From an uncultured delta proteobacterium (GTDB lineage: Bacteria > Desulfobacterota > Zymogenia > Zymogenales > Zymogenaceae): a DNA stretch of 64,000 nucleotides. Made by a program: the position numbers and the translations under genes. The stretch covers positions 320,001 through 384,000 of the forward strand of contig CAVTLK010000005.1 in NCBI GenBank assembly GCA_963735595.1. Direction: 5' to 3'. The notes beneath the pieces were generated by a model. That model had not been told where the DNA came from, ran no database searches, and saw only the letters and a list, made by a program, of their open reading frames with translations. Shown here piece by piece: positions 43,480 to 51,907 of the stretch; positions within the stretch are counted from its first letter, which is position 1, and each line of letters opens with the position of its first letter.

Positions 43480-43498
43480 TAATTTAGCAGCTAAACAA
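43480..43498. promoter_or_regulatory. Second operator-like palindrome (TTTAGCAGCTAAA core)
   Basis: 14/19 identical to the site at 42965-42983; lies between marR and the methyltransferase gene. Confidence 0.6.
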
Positions 43499-43520
43499 TA
43501 AGCAGATAGGGAGGGATACA

Positions 43521-44123
43521 GTGACCGGGAAAAGAGATACGGCCGCGGCGCGTGGTGGAAAATATTCCATCTGTCCGTGGTGGCTGGTGAAGTCTTTCGA
43601 TAATTTCCTTCGGCCGCTCGTTCATGACTCCCGGAAGCTCTTTGGCCCGTACGTCCGGCCAAATATGACGGCCGTCGATGTCGGGTGCGGGCGGGGGTTT
43701 GCCTCCCTCGGGCTCGCCCGGTTGGTCGGCGGCGGCGGAAATGTGATCGCCGCCGATCTCCAGCCCGAGATGCTCGAAATGGTGAGGAATCGGGCGGAAA
43801 AGAACGGACTCTCCGAACGGATACTGACGCACCGGTCCGCTCAGGGCAGGATCGGCGTTACGGGGCCGGTCGATTTCGTCCTCGCATTCTGGATGCTGCA
43901 CGAGGTGCCGGACGCCGCGGCGTTTTGTGCGGAGGTATCGGCGATGCTGGCGCCCGGCGGCCATTTCTTTGTGGCCGAGCCGCTCTTTCATGTGACGCAG
44001 CGCGGTTTCAAGGAAATGACCGAGGTTGCCGGCGCGGCAGGTCTGGCCGTTTTCGAGCACCCGCGCGTTGCCCTCAGCCGGGCGGTGGTATTCACGAAGA
44101 AGAAAAGGAGAAAGGAGGAATAA
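43521..44123 (+). CDS. Class I SAM-dependent methyltransferase
   Basis: VDVGCGRG motif I, ADLQPEML, FWMLHEV, LAPGG; N-terminal CPWW motif; GGGAGG RBS with GTG start. Confidence 0.92.
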   Translation: MTGKRDTAAARGGKYSICPWWLVKSFDNFLRPLVHDSRKLFGPYVRPNMTAVDVGCGRGFASLGLARLVGGGGNVIAADLQPEMLEMVRNRAEKNGLSERILTHRSAQGRIGVTGPVDFVLAFWMLHEVPDAAAFCAEVSAMLAPGGHFFVAEPLFHVTQRGFKEMTEVAGAAGLAVFEHPRVALSRAVVFTKKKRRKEE

Positions 44124-44126
44124 ATT

Positions 44127-44924
44127 ATGAGAAGCGAACAGTCACCTAAGGGCGGCGTCGTCGCCGCGGAAGGAACGCTCTACCTGGGGGTCGGGCGCTA
44201 CATGATTACCATTCCGCCGTGCCTGATGAGGATGGGGGCCGCCGGAAGCGCCCGGCAGGCGGATAAGCTGCTGGCCCGTTTGTCCCCGGAACACCACCTC
44301 GTTCGGGATTTCGTCGTGACCGAGATCCCGAGAAAGGCGGCGTCTCTCTCCGCGGACTACATCGCGCATCAATTGGACCTTCCCATTGGACGGGTTCGGG
44401 ACATCGTTGATGAGCTCGAAAAGGGGAAGGTGTTTCTATTCAGGAATGAGCGTGGTGAGGTTACCTGGGCCTACCCGGTGACCGCAGAACCGACGCCGCA
44501 CCACGTGACGTTCAGCACGGGCGAGCAGATCTATGCGGCCTGAGCCATCGACGCCTTGGCGCTGCCCTTCGTGCAAGGGCAATTGATAAAACGGCCGCTC
44601 TCGTTCGTCATCAGGAGCGAATGCAAGAACAGTGGAGACCCCATCGAGATTGCCATCGACAGCGACCTGCGATACCGGGTCGCCGACGAGCAAGGCGGCG
44701 TGAGGGTGTTCGTCCCGATGGTGGACGTGATAACGCTCGACGAGCCCAGCATCATCGATTCCTTCTGACGACGATCGGTGTTCTTCCGGTCGGAAGAAGA
44801 CGCGAAGAAATACCGTCGTGCCTGCAAGGGGGTTAAGGGCCTCTACCTTACGCTCGACCATGGCGTATATCTCACGAGGGTCATCCAGTCGGCAATCTTC
44901 GCTTTCTCGAAACGTGCCCGGTGA
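44127..44924 (+). CDS. MerB (organomercurial lyase)-like protein with two in-frame UGA codons, probable Sec139 and Sec214 (265 aa)
   Basis: One frame: ...WAYPVTAEPTPHHVTF...IYAA[UGA 44541]AIDAL...SECKNSG...IIDSF[UGA 44766]RRSVFFRSEEDA...; aligns by eye to MerB YAWC96ALD99, C117 and SFC159CHVHFFAS. Confidence 0.85.
44563..44581 (+). promoter_or_regulatory. Candidate bacterial SECIS after UGA 44541-44543
   Basis: Perfect 7-bp stem TGCCCTT-CGTGC-AAGGGCA starting 20 nt after the UGA, G-containing loop. Confidence 0.6.
44781..44798 (+). promoter_or_regulatory. Candidate bacterial SECIS after UGA 44766-44768
   Basis: Perfect 7-bp stem TTCTTCC-GGTC-GGAAGAA starting 13 nt after the UGA, loop begins with G. 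Confidence 0.7.
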
Positions 44925-44978
44925 GGGATCTTTTACCCGGCGAATCCGGGTTGAAGGGAGATACCTCGTTTGAAAACA

Positions 44979-45018
44979 GGGGCGGCTTCCCAGGAGGGGG
45001 GCCGCCCCGATTGTTTTA
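44979..45018 (+). terminator. Probable terminator of the marR-methyltransferase-merB-like unit
   Basis: GGGGCGGC...GCCGCCCC hairpin followed by ATTGTTTT. Confidence 0.6.
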
Positions 45019-45113
45019 TGCCGTAATGGTGAGGTACCTTGCTTCATGCCCGTCGGCCCGAACCCGGACTCGATGGGGGGCAGCCCCCTCTCTTCGGACT
45101 TTCCCTTTTTGCG

Positions 45114-45141
45114 TTGACAAAAAGCCGCCTTCCTTTATAAT
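45114..45141 (+). promoter_or_regulatory. Consensus sigma70 promoter
   Basis: TTGACA 45114-45119, 16 bp, TATAAT 45136-45141. Confidence 0.8.
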
Positions 45142-45238
45142 GAAAAAGAGCCCAATGCGGTACATTATTCCGATTTCGTTGTCATATCATTATGTTCCTT
45201 TGTATGCCGGGGCCCGTGCGACGGGCCGACGGGGCGGC

Positions 45239-45276
45239 GCCGATACTGGCGATACGGGCGATACAGGCGATACGGG
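45239..45276. repeat. Four-copy 9-bp tandem repeat (GCGATACNG)
   Basis: gccgatactggcgatacgggcgatacaggcgatacggg just upstream of ATG 45291. Confidence 0.8.
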
Positions 45277-45290
45277 AAGTCACAGCCGAA

Positions 45291-45737
45291 ATGGACGCTA
45301 CCGATAGAAAGATCCTGAAGGTTATCCAGGAAGCGTTCCCGCTGACCGATACCCCCTTTTCCGACGTGGCCGGTCCGCTGGGGCTTGCCGAGGCCGAGGT
45401 TATTTCCCGGATCGCGGCCCTCAAGCAGGCCGGCGTTATAAGGCGCATCGGGGCGGTGCTTGATGCGCGGTCGCTGGGCGTTGCCACGATACTGTGCGCG
45501 ACTCGGGTGGACCGGGAGCGGATCGAGGAAGCGGCAGCCGCCGTCAGCTCATTTCGTCAGGTCACGCATAACTACGAGCGGGATGGGGATTACAACCTCT
45601 GGTTTACCGTCTGGGCGCGGGACGAGGACGAGCTGGACCGCACCATCCGCGATATCGAGGGAAAAGCCGGGATCTCGGTCATACGCCTTCCGGCGGTCGA
45701 GACCTATAAGATCAGGGCGGTCTTTGACCCGTCCTGA
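45291..45737 (+). CDS. Lrp/AsnC-like siroheme decarboxylase subunit (AhbA/NirD-type)
   Basis: DRKIL..IQ..FPL...PF, GVIRRIGAV.D...LG, VTHNYER...YNLWFT. Confidence 0.88.
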   Translation: MDATDRKILKVIQEAFPLTDTPFSDVAGPLGLAEAEVISRIAALKQAGVIRRIGAVLDARSLGVATILCATRVDRERIEEAAAAVSSFRQVTHNYERDGDYNLWFTVWARDEDELDRTIRDIEGKAGISVIRLPAVETYKIRAVFDPS

Positions 45738-45780
45738 GGAGTTCGCGGTCCGACGCGGTTCTCGTCGTAATGGGCGGGGA

Positions 45781-45978
45781 ATGATCACGTATAAAGTTGC
45801 GGAGCTGACCGTTGTCACCGAGGATACGATCGAGGAGGCACTTAACCGGCACGTTCGGGACGGATGGCGGCTCGATACGATACAATTTGCCATGGGGCCG
45901 GCAAGTAAGCGGCCCGCGATGGCCTTTATCCTTTTTATAAGGGAAGATCACAATGACGACAACGCTCAAGAAGGCTGA
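45781..45978 (+). CDS. DUF4177-like small protein
   Basis: MITYKVAEL...IEEALNRHVRDGWRL...ILFIR pattern. Confidence 0.75.
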   Translation: MITYKVAELTVVTEDTIEEALNRHVRDGWRLDTIQFAMGPASKRPAMAFILFIREDHNDDNAQEG

Positions 45979-46381
45979 TCTCACACACCGGCTGCTGGCG
46001 CGCTTCATTGACTTTCTGATCGGCGCCGCCTTCTGCCTCGTCCTGTTTCCGGTGGGGGTACTCGCGGGGGCGACCTATATCGCGATCGCCGACGGCCTGT
46101 TCGGCGGGCAGAGCCTCGGAAAGCGAATCATCGGGCTCAAGGTCGTCCGCGTGGCCGACGGCGGCCCGATCACCTTCAAGGATTCGCTGATCAGGAACTC
46201 GATGTACGCCGTCATCTATCTCTTCTATCTCATCCCTTACCTCCGGTGGGTCCTGATCCCCACGGTCGGCCTGATCATCGTCGGTTTTGAGGTCTACTAC
46301 CTCATCGTTGACACCAACGGGTTCCGGGTCGGGGACCTGGCGGCCGATACACGGGTCATCGATGAGCCGGCCCGTTTGTGA
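45953..46381 (+). CDS. RDD-family membrane protein
   Basis: RLLARFID, GQSLGKRIIGLKVV, IRN, RVGDLAADTRV. Confidence 0.92.
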   Translation: MTTTLKKADLTHRLLARFIDFLIGAAFCLVLFPVGVLAGATYIAIADGLFGGQSLGKRIIGLKVVRVADGGPITFKDSLIRNSMYAVIYLFYLIPYLRWVLIPTVGLIIVGFEVYYLIVDTNGFRVGDLAADTRVIDEPARL

Positions 46382-46528
46382 TCCGCGCGACGGTGCGGGC
46401 ATTCTTGCCTGCGTAATATCCCGAAGCGGGGCGACGACGACGGGACGGCTCAAACCGGCCGCGGCGTCTCTGATACGCCGGGGTAACGCGGCCTCTGTTC
46501 AGGCAACATACGGCAGGAGGATATATAC

Positions 46529-47695
46529 ATGTCTCAGATTCCCACGCCAATCACGACGCCTCCGGATGCGGCCGAGCTTGCCGACAGGCTCTCGCGGGTT
46601 CGGGCGCTCATGGAGCGCGAAGGCCTTGATTACTACGTCTCCTTTGACCCGGTCAATGTCTACTACCTGACCAATTTTGCCAACAACGTCCACGAGCGGC
46701 CCTTTATCCTGGTCATCGGCAGGAAGGGCGCGCCGGTCATGCTCTGCCCGCTTCTGGAGACGAGCCACGTCAAGGCGCGCGCCCGGTGCGAGCTCGAGTA
46801 CGTCACCTATTACGAGTTTCCGGCGCCGGCCGAGCAGAACTGGTTTGACCTCTACGCCACGCTCATCCCGGCCAAGGCCCGGGTGGGGGTGGAGGAGGCC
46901 ATGCCGGTCGGGATCGCCCATCGGACCGGCGGGGTCGTCGTGGTGACCGATATAATAGACGAGGTCCGCCTGGTCAAGACCGACTACGAGATCGGCCGGT
47001 CGGTGCACGCGTCGGCAGTCGTGAACTTCGGTCACACCAAGCTCCTGGAAGTGACCCGTCCCGGCGTCCTGGAGATCGCCATCTACGGCGAGGTGGTGCG
47101 GGCCATGATGGGAAAGGTGCTCACGGAGATCCCGGAGGCAAACCTGATCGTCTCCCGCTTCGTGGGGGCGGTGTGGCCCCCCTCGATATCACACGACCCG
47201 CACCGCGTTCCCACGCCCTACCTGCCGATGGAGGAAGGCGGGCCGCACGTCTCGATCGTGACGGCCCAGGCCGACGGCTACGGGATGGAGATGGAGCGGA
47301 GCTTCTTCCTCGGCGGCGTCCCCGAGGACGCCCGAGAGCCGTTTGCCGTTATGATGGAGGCCAGGGAACTGGCCTACAAACTGGCGAAACCGGGGGCCGT
47401 ACTCTCGGATATCGACCGACGGGTGCGCAAGGTGATTATCGACGCGGGCTACGAAAAAAATATCCTGCACCGGACGGGTCACGGGCTGGGGATAACCGGC
47501 CACGAGGCGCCCTACCTCGCCCTCGGGGACGACCGGAAGCTGGAGCCGGGGATGCTCATCTCTATCGAGCCGGGCATCTATATCCCGGGCAAGGGGGGCT
47601 TCAGGCATTCGGATTCGGTCCTGATTACCAAGACAGGAAACGTGAGGCTCACCGAGGCGCCGGACGGCCTCGAACAACTGACGATCGCGGTTTAG
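46529..47695 (+). CDS. M24 Xaa-Pro peptidase / creatinase-like protein
   Basis: NVYYLTNF, HRTGHGLGITGHEAP, SIEPGIY.PGKGGFRHSD. Confidence 0.92.
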   Translation: MSQIPTPITTPPDAAELADRLSRVRALMEREGLDYYVSFDPVNVYYLTNFANNVHERPFILVIGRKGAPVMLCPLLETSHVKARARCELEYVTYYEFPAPAEQNWFDLYATLIPAKARVGVEEAMPVGIAHRTGGVVVVTDIIDEVRLVKTDYEIGRSVHASAVVNFGHTKLLEVTRPGVLEIAIYGEVVRAMMGKVLTEIPEANLIVSRFVGAVWPPSISHDPHRVPTPYLPMEEGGPHVSIVTAQADGYGMEMERSFFLGGVPEDAREPFAVMMEARELAYKLAKPGAVLSDIDRRVRKVIIDAGYEKNILHRTGHGLGITGHEAPYLALGDDRKLEPGMLISIEPGIYIPGKGGFRHSDSVLITKTGNVRLTEAPDGLEQLTIAV

Positions 47696-47719
47696 ACCGC
47701 CATCGAAGGGATATCACCT

Positions 47720-49040
47720 ATGAAGAAAGAAGGATACATCGCCGGAGTTTACCGTCGGCGGGCGCCCGGCTGTCTTCACGCTCGTCGTCGTTACGATGCT
47801 CTATGTCGTCAACTACATGGACCGCATGGTGCTGTCGGCGACGTTACCGCTCATCAAGGCCGACCTGATGCTTTCCGACGCCCAGTGCGGCTGGCTGGGG
47901 ACTATATATTTCATCGTCGTGGCGCTGCTGACGATACCGGCGGCGATCCTCTGCGACCGGTGGAGCCGTAAAAAATCGCTCGCGATCATGGCGGTGTTAT
48001 GGAGCGGGGCGACCTTCCTGACCGGGCTGAGCGGGCGTTTCCTGCCGCTGTTTGCCGCCCGCGGAGGGGTGGGTGTGGGGGAGGCGGGGTTTACCCCCGG
48101 CGGGATCGCATATATCTCCGGCTCCTTCAGGGAAGAATCCCGGGCCAGGGTCACGGGTGTCTTCAACCTGGGCCAGCCGCTGGGCTCCATCATCGGGATC
48201 GTAATCGCCGGCGTTGCGGCGCAGGCTAACCTCTGGGGGATGGGGTGGCGGTCGCCCTTTTTCCTCTTTGCGGTTCCGGGCGTCCTGCTGGGAATCCTGG
48301 TGCTATTTACCCGCGATTACCCCACGACCCCGATTACGGCGGCCGATTCCGGCGAGAAGAACATGGGGGTCGGCAGGGGGCTCCTGATCATCCTGAAGAC
48401 GCCGACGCTCCTCTTTACCTCCCTGGGCGTCGGGGCGCTGAGCTTCGTGGGCGGGGCGGTGGGATACTGGCTCCCAACCTATTTTGTGCGGACGCGCGGA
48501 ATCGACGTGGCCAAGGCATCCTACCTCATGGGCGGGATTATCCTGGTGGCCTGCATCGGGCCGATTCTCGGCGGGATACTCGCCGACGGATGGAAGAAGA
48601 AACGCACGAACGCCCGGCCGCTGACCGCGGCCCTGTTCGCCGCCTTTTTAGGCGTATTTCTCTATTTCGGCTTTCTCGTGGATTTGGCCGGGATACTATC
48701 GGCCTCCTACCTGCTCTTCATTATCGCGGGCGTGCTCCTGTTTGCCTACACGGCGCCCGCCTACGCCGTAACCCAGGACCTGGCGCCCCGGTCCATGCGC
48801 AGCATCAGTATGGGGTTGCTGGTCCTGATCACCTATGGGACGCTGGGCGCATATTCGCCGGTCGTGGTGGGGTGGCTCTCCGACATGCTGGGCGCGGAGG
48901 GCGCACCGAACCTGACGGCGGCCTTCATGTTCGTCCCGCCGGTGGCGTTTCTCGGGGCGCTTTTCTTCTTCCTGGCGGCGCGCTTCCACGACCGGGACGT
49001 GGCAAAGGTGTCGGCGGGTATCGGTCGGGGCGGGGTATAA
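47720..49040 (+). CDS. Spinster-like MFS transporter (one extra A near 47728 disconnects the likely start; in-frame ATG at 47796)
   Basis: NYMDR, CDRWSRKK, ARGGVGVGEA, GWRSPF; removing one A gives MKKKDTSPEFTVGGRPAVFTLVVVTMLYVVNY. Confidence 0.88.
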
Positions 49041-49258
49041 CCGGACGGGGATTTCGACAGCCCTGTCACAAGGGGCTTGAAACGGCCGTCCCGCCGGTGT
49101 AGAATGAAACCGGCCTTCCGGAAAGACGGCCGCGCACGTTAAAGGCGCCGCCGTGGGGGGCAGGGGTTTCCTGAAGGGACGACAAAGAGATCGGCTCAAC
49201 CCGTAACGGATAACTACTATATAATATATAGACGTCACACTAACTCGGATACCATACG

Positions 49259-49708
49259 ATGAAGAAATCAACCGCGGCTTCACGAAGCGCCGGTGCGAGT
49301 ACGCCGCCGCGGGGCGGACTTACCCTGGGGCTGCTGCTCAGGCTCCAGGTCTTCTACTGCCTCCTGGGGGTCGGCTACAACCTCGTGAGCCTCGTCCTTT
49401 CGAAGACGGGCGGCTCGACGCTCGCCCCCACCAACCCGGTGACGGGCATGATCGTCATGGCCGTCTACGGCGGGTGCCTGGCGGTCGGCGCGCTTGGCTA
49501 TGCAAGGATCTACCGCATACTGATGGGCCTTTGCGTGCTGGTGCTTGGCTACGGGGGCGTGGTCGTGCACCTGCTCAATTATACCACCGGCCGCACCTTC
49601 CTCTACGATTCGACCCTCGCCTGGGGCCTGGCGGTAGGCATCAACCTCTTCGGGCTTGTCCTCAACTTCATCGGCGCCCTCGGGCTCTTTTCGGACGGGG
49701 GCAAATAG
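49259..49708 (+). CDS. Hypothetical membrane protein (4 TM)
   Basis: Four hydrophobic segments; codon usage like neighbouring genes. Confidence 0.7.
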   Translation: MKKSTAASRSAGASTPPRGGLTLGLLLRLQVFYCLLGVGYNLVSLVLSKTGGSTLAPTNPVTGMIVMAVYGGCLAVGALGYARIYRILMGLCVLVLGYGGVVVHLLNYTTGRTFLYDSTLAWGLAVGINLFGLVLNFIGALGLFSDGGK

Positions 49709-49762
49709 CCCCTAACCCATTATCACGATATGCCTCCATGCCGGCAATCCAGAGAGTAACCC

Positions 49763-50998
49763 ATGCGATACGAGCTTTTCATCGGCCGCCGCTACCTGAA
49801 GTCCAAGCGCAAGCAGGCCTTTATCTCGCTGATAACCCTCATCTCAGTGGGGGGGGTCGCCCTGGGGGTGGCGGCGCTTATCGTCGTCACGTCGGTGATG
49901 ACCGGCTTCACCAAGCAGCTGACCGATAAGATCCTCGGCGTCTATTCCCATCTCGTCGTCCTCAAGGAGGGCGAGCCCTTCAATGATTACCCCGAGATCA
50001 TGGGCCAGCTCGGCAAGATCCCCGGGGTGGTCGCTTCGACCCCCTTCATACAGACCCAGGTGATGCTGACGGGGGTCGACGGCGAGATGACGGGGGCGGT
50101 ACTGAGGGGGGTGGACGTTGCCACGGCGCCCGCGGTTATCTCCGTCAAGCGGGACATGGTCAAGGGGAGCTTCGAAGACCTGGAAAGGGCGCAGGACCAG
50201 TCCCCGGGCGTCATCCTCGGCACGGGCCTCGCCGAGAAACTCGGGGTGGGTGTCGGCGATGAGCTGGTCATGCTCTCGCCCGATGGGGGGGGAGGTCTCG
50301 CCCTTTGGGATGACCCCAAAGATGAAACGGTTTGCCGTCGTCGGGATCTTCGATTCGGGCATGTTCGAATACAACGGCACCTTTGCCTACGTCTCGCTGC
50401 GGTACCGCCCAGGGCTTCCTCGAAGTGCCGGGGGCGGTCACCGGTATCGAGGTCAGGCTTGCCGACGTCTACCGGGCAAAGGACACCGGGAAGCTCATCC
50501 GGGCCACGCTCTCGTTCTCGTACTACGTGCTTGGACTGGATGGACATGAACCGGAACCTGTTCGCGGCGCTGGCCCTGCAGAAGGCGACGCTCTTCGTGA
50601 TCCTCACGCTCATCATCTTTGTGGCGGCCTTTAACATCGCCTCGACCCTCATCATGGTGGTGATGGAGAAGAACAAGGATATCGCGATCCTCACGGCAAT
50701 GGGTGCTACGCCGGGGGGCATCATGCGGATATTCATGTTCGAGGGGTTCGTCGTCGGGGCGTTCGGCACGATGATCGGGCTTGCCCTCGGCCTGGGGGCG
50801 TGCCGCCTGCTGGAGCGCTACCACTTCATCGACCTTGACCCGAAGATATACTATTTCACGACGCTGCCGGTACAGGTCGTGCCCTCGGACGTGGCGATCA
50901 TCATCGGCGCGTCGCTTTTGATCTGCCTGGCCTCGGCCGTCTACCCGGCCTGGCGGGCCTCCCGGATGGACCCGCTTGACGCCATCCGGTACGAGTAA
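49763..50998 (+). CDS. Lipoprotein-releasing ABC permease LolC/E paralogue 1 (three compensating +1 frameshifts at ~50280-50530)
   Basis: YELFIGRRYLKSKRK, VAAFNIASTLIM, YPAWRASRMDP; middle part appears in two other frames (TPKMKRFAVVGIFDSGMFEY; VTGIEVRLADVYRA). Confidence 0.9.
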   Translation: MRYELFIGRRYLKSKRKQAFISLITLISVGGVALGVAALIVVTSVMTGFTKQLTDKILGVYSHLVVLKEGEPFNDYPEIMGQLGKIPGVVASTPFIQTQVMLTGVDGEMTGAVLRGVDVATAPAVISVKRDMVKGSFEDLERAQDQSPGVILGTGLAEKLGVGVGDELVMLSPDGGGGLALWDDPKDETVCRRRDLRFGHVRIQRHLCLRLAAVPPRASSKCRGRSPVSRSGLPTSTGQRTPGSSSGPRSRSRTTCLDWMDMNRNLFAALALQKATLFVILTLIIFVAAFNIASTLIMVVMEKNKDIAILTAMGATPGGIMRIFMFEGFVVGAFGTMIGLALGLGACRLLERYHFIDLDPKIYYFTTLPVQVVPSDVAIIIGASLLICLASAVYPAWRASRMDPLDAIRYE

Positions 50999-51029
50999 CG
51001 GGACATAATTACTACGGAAGGGGATTAGC

Positions 51030-51812
51030 ATGAGACGATCGATCGGCCTCTTTCTCGGATTTGTAATCTTTTTGGCTGCGGCCTTTACGGCGGTAGCCGC
51101 CGACAACGCCACCATCACCGGCGACGGGGTGCGGATGCGCTGGGAGTCGAGAACCGACGCCGAGATCATCACGACCCTCAATAAAGGGACGCGGGTTGAG
51201 GTGGTCAGCCGGTCGCAGGTCTACCAGACGATAGGCGGCGATTCCGCCTTCTGGTACTACGTCACGTACGGTAAAGACTCGGGATTTGTCTTCGGCCGCT
51301 TCATCGCCATAGACCCCGCGGCCGCGCCCTCATTCGAGCCGGTGATGCTGCCGGGCGGTCCGAGCTTCCCGTTCGAGGACTGGGGGGCGTGCCCCATGGA
51401 GTGCTGCGCCTATCGGGAGTGGAGCGTTGAAAAGGAGACGGTCGTCCGGACCGACCGGTACGAAACGGCCCCGGCGGCCTTTACCGTGAAGCCGGGCGAG
51501 TGGGTGACGGGGCTGACCGGCGTAGTGATCGTGACGGCGCCGGGTCGCGGCGAAGTGACGACGTCCATGAAGCTGGGCGAACGCCAGGCCTCGCCGGGGG
51601 ACGTCGTGGAATACCTCACCTACCAGGGGGAGGGATTCTACAAGGTCTGGTTCAAGGGCCAGATGCTCGACGGGGTGGAAGGCTACGGGTCGGTCGTGAT
51701 GAAGGCGGAGCCGGTCTGGATCTGGTGGGCCGAGATCAAGAATAAGAAGGGGCAGGTCGGCTGGACGAACGAGGTGAGGAACTTCGGCAACATCTACTCG
51801 TGCGGGGATTAG
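51030..51812 (+). CDS. Secreted SH3b-domain protein
   Basis: Signal peptide; ITGDGVRMR...IITTLNKGTRVEV...WYYV...GFVFG; C-terminal GACP.ECC domain. Confidence 0.85.
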   Translation: MRRSIGLFLGFVIFLAAAFTAVAADNATITGDGVRMRWESRTDAEIITTLNKGTRVEVVSRSQVYQTIGGDSAFWYYVTYGKDSGFVFGRFIAIDPAAAPSFEPVMLPGGPSFPFEDWGACPMECCAYREWSVEKETVVRTDRYETAPAAFTVKPGEWVTGLTGVVIVTAPGRGEVTTSMKLGERQASPGDVVEYLTYQGEGFYKVWFKGQMLDGVEGYGSVVMKAEPVWIWWAEIKNKKGQVGWTNEVRNFGNIYSCGD

Positions 51813-51874
51813 AGGGGCTGAAAGAATGCGGGGCCCGACGCTCCAAACGAAACGACGGAAACAACAATAAGTAA

Positions 51875-51902
51875 TAAGGGCGGCCTAAAAAGGCCGCCCT
51901 TA
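51875..51902. terminator. Hairpin terminator between convergent genes
   Basis: TAAGGGCGGCCT-AAAA-AGGCCGCCCTTA. Confidence 0.8.
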
Positions 51903-51907
51903 TTGTT

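Noticed and set aside
44127..44924. Reading the MerB-like locus as a nonsense pseudogene or two small genes
   Set aside because: Both stops are TGA, both sit at catalytic Cys columns, both are followed by hairpins, and similarity continues in frame; chance decay is unlikely to give this
44922..44954. Third TGA as another Sec codon
   Set aside because: It falls at the expected MerB C-terminus, and readthrough adds only nine unremarkable residues before another TGA
45239..45276. CRISPR array
   Set aside because: 9-bp units without spacers; no cas genes anywhere in the window
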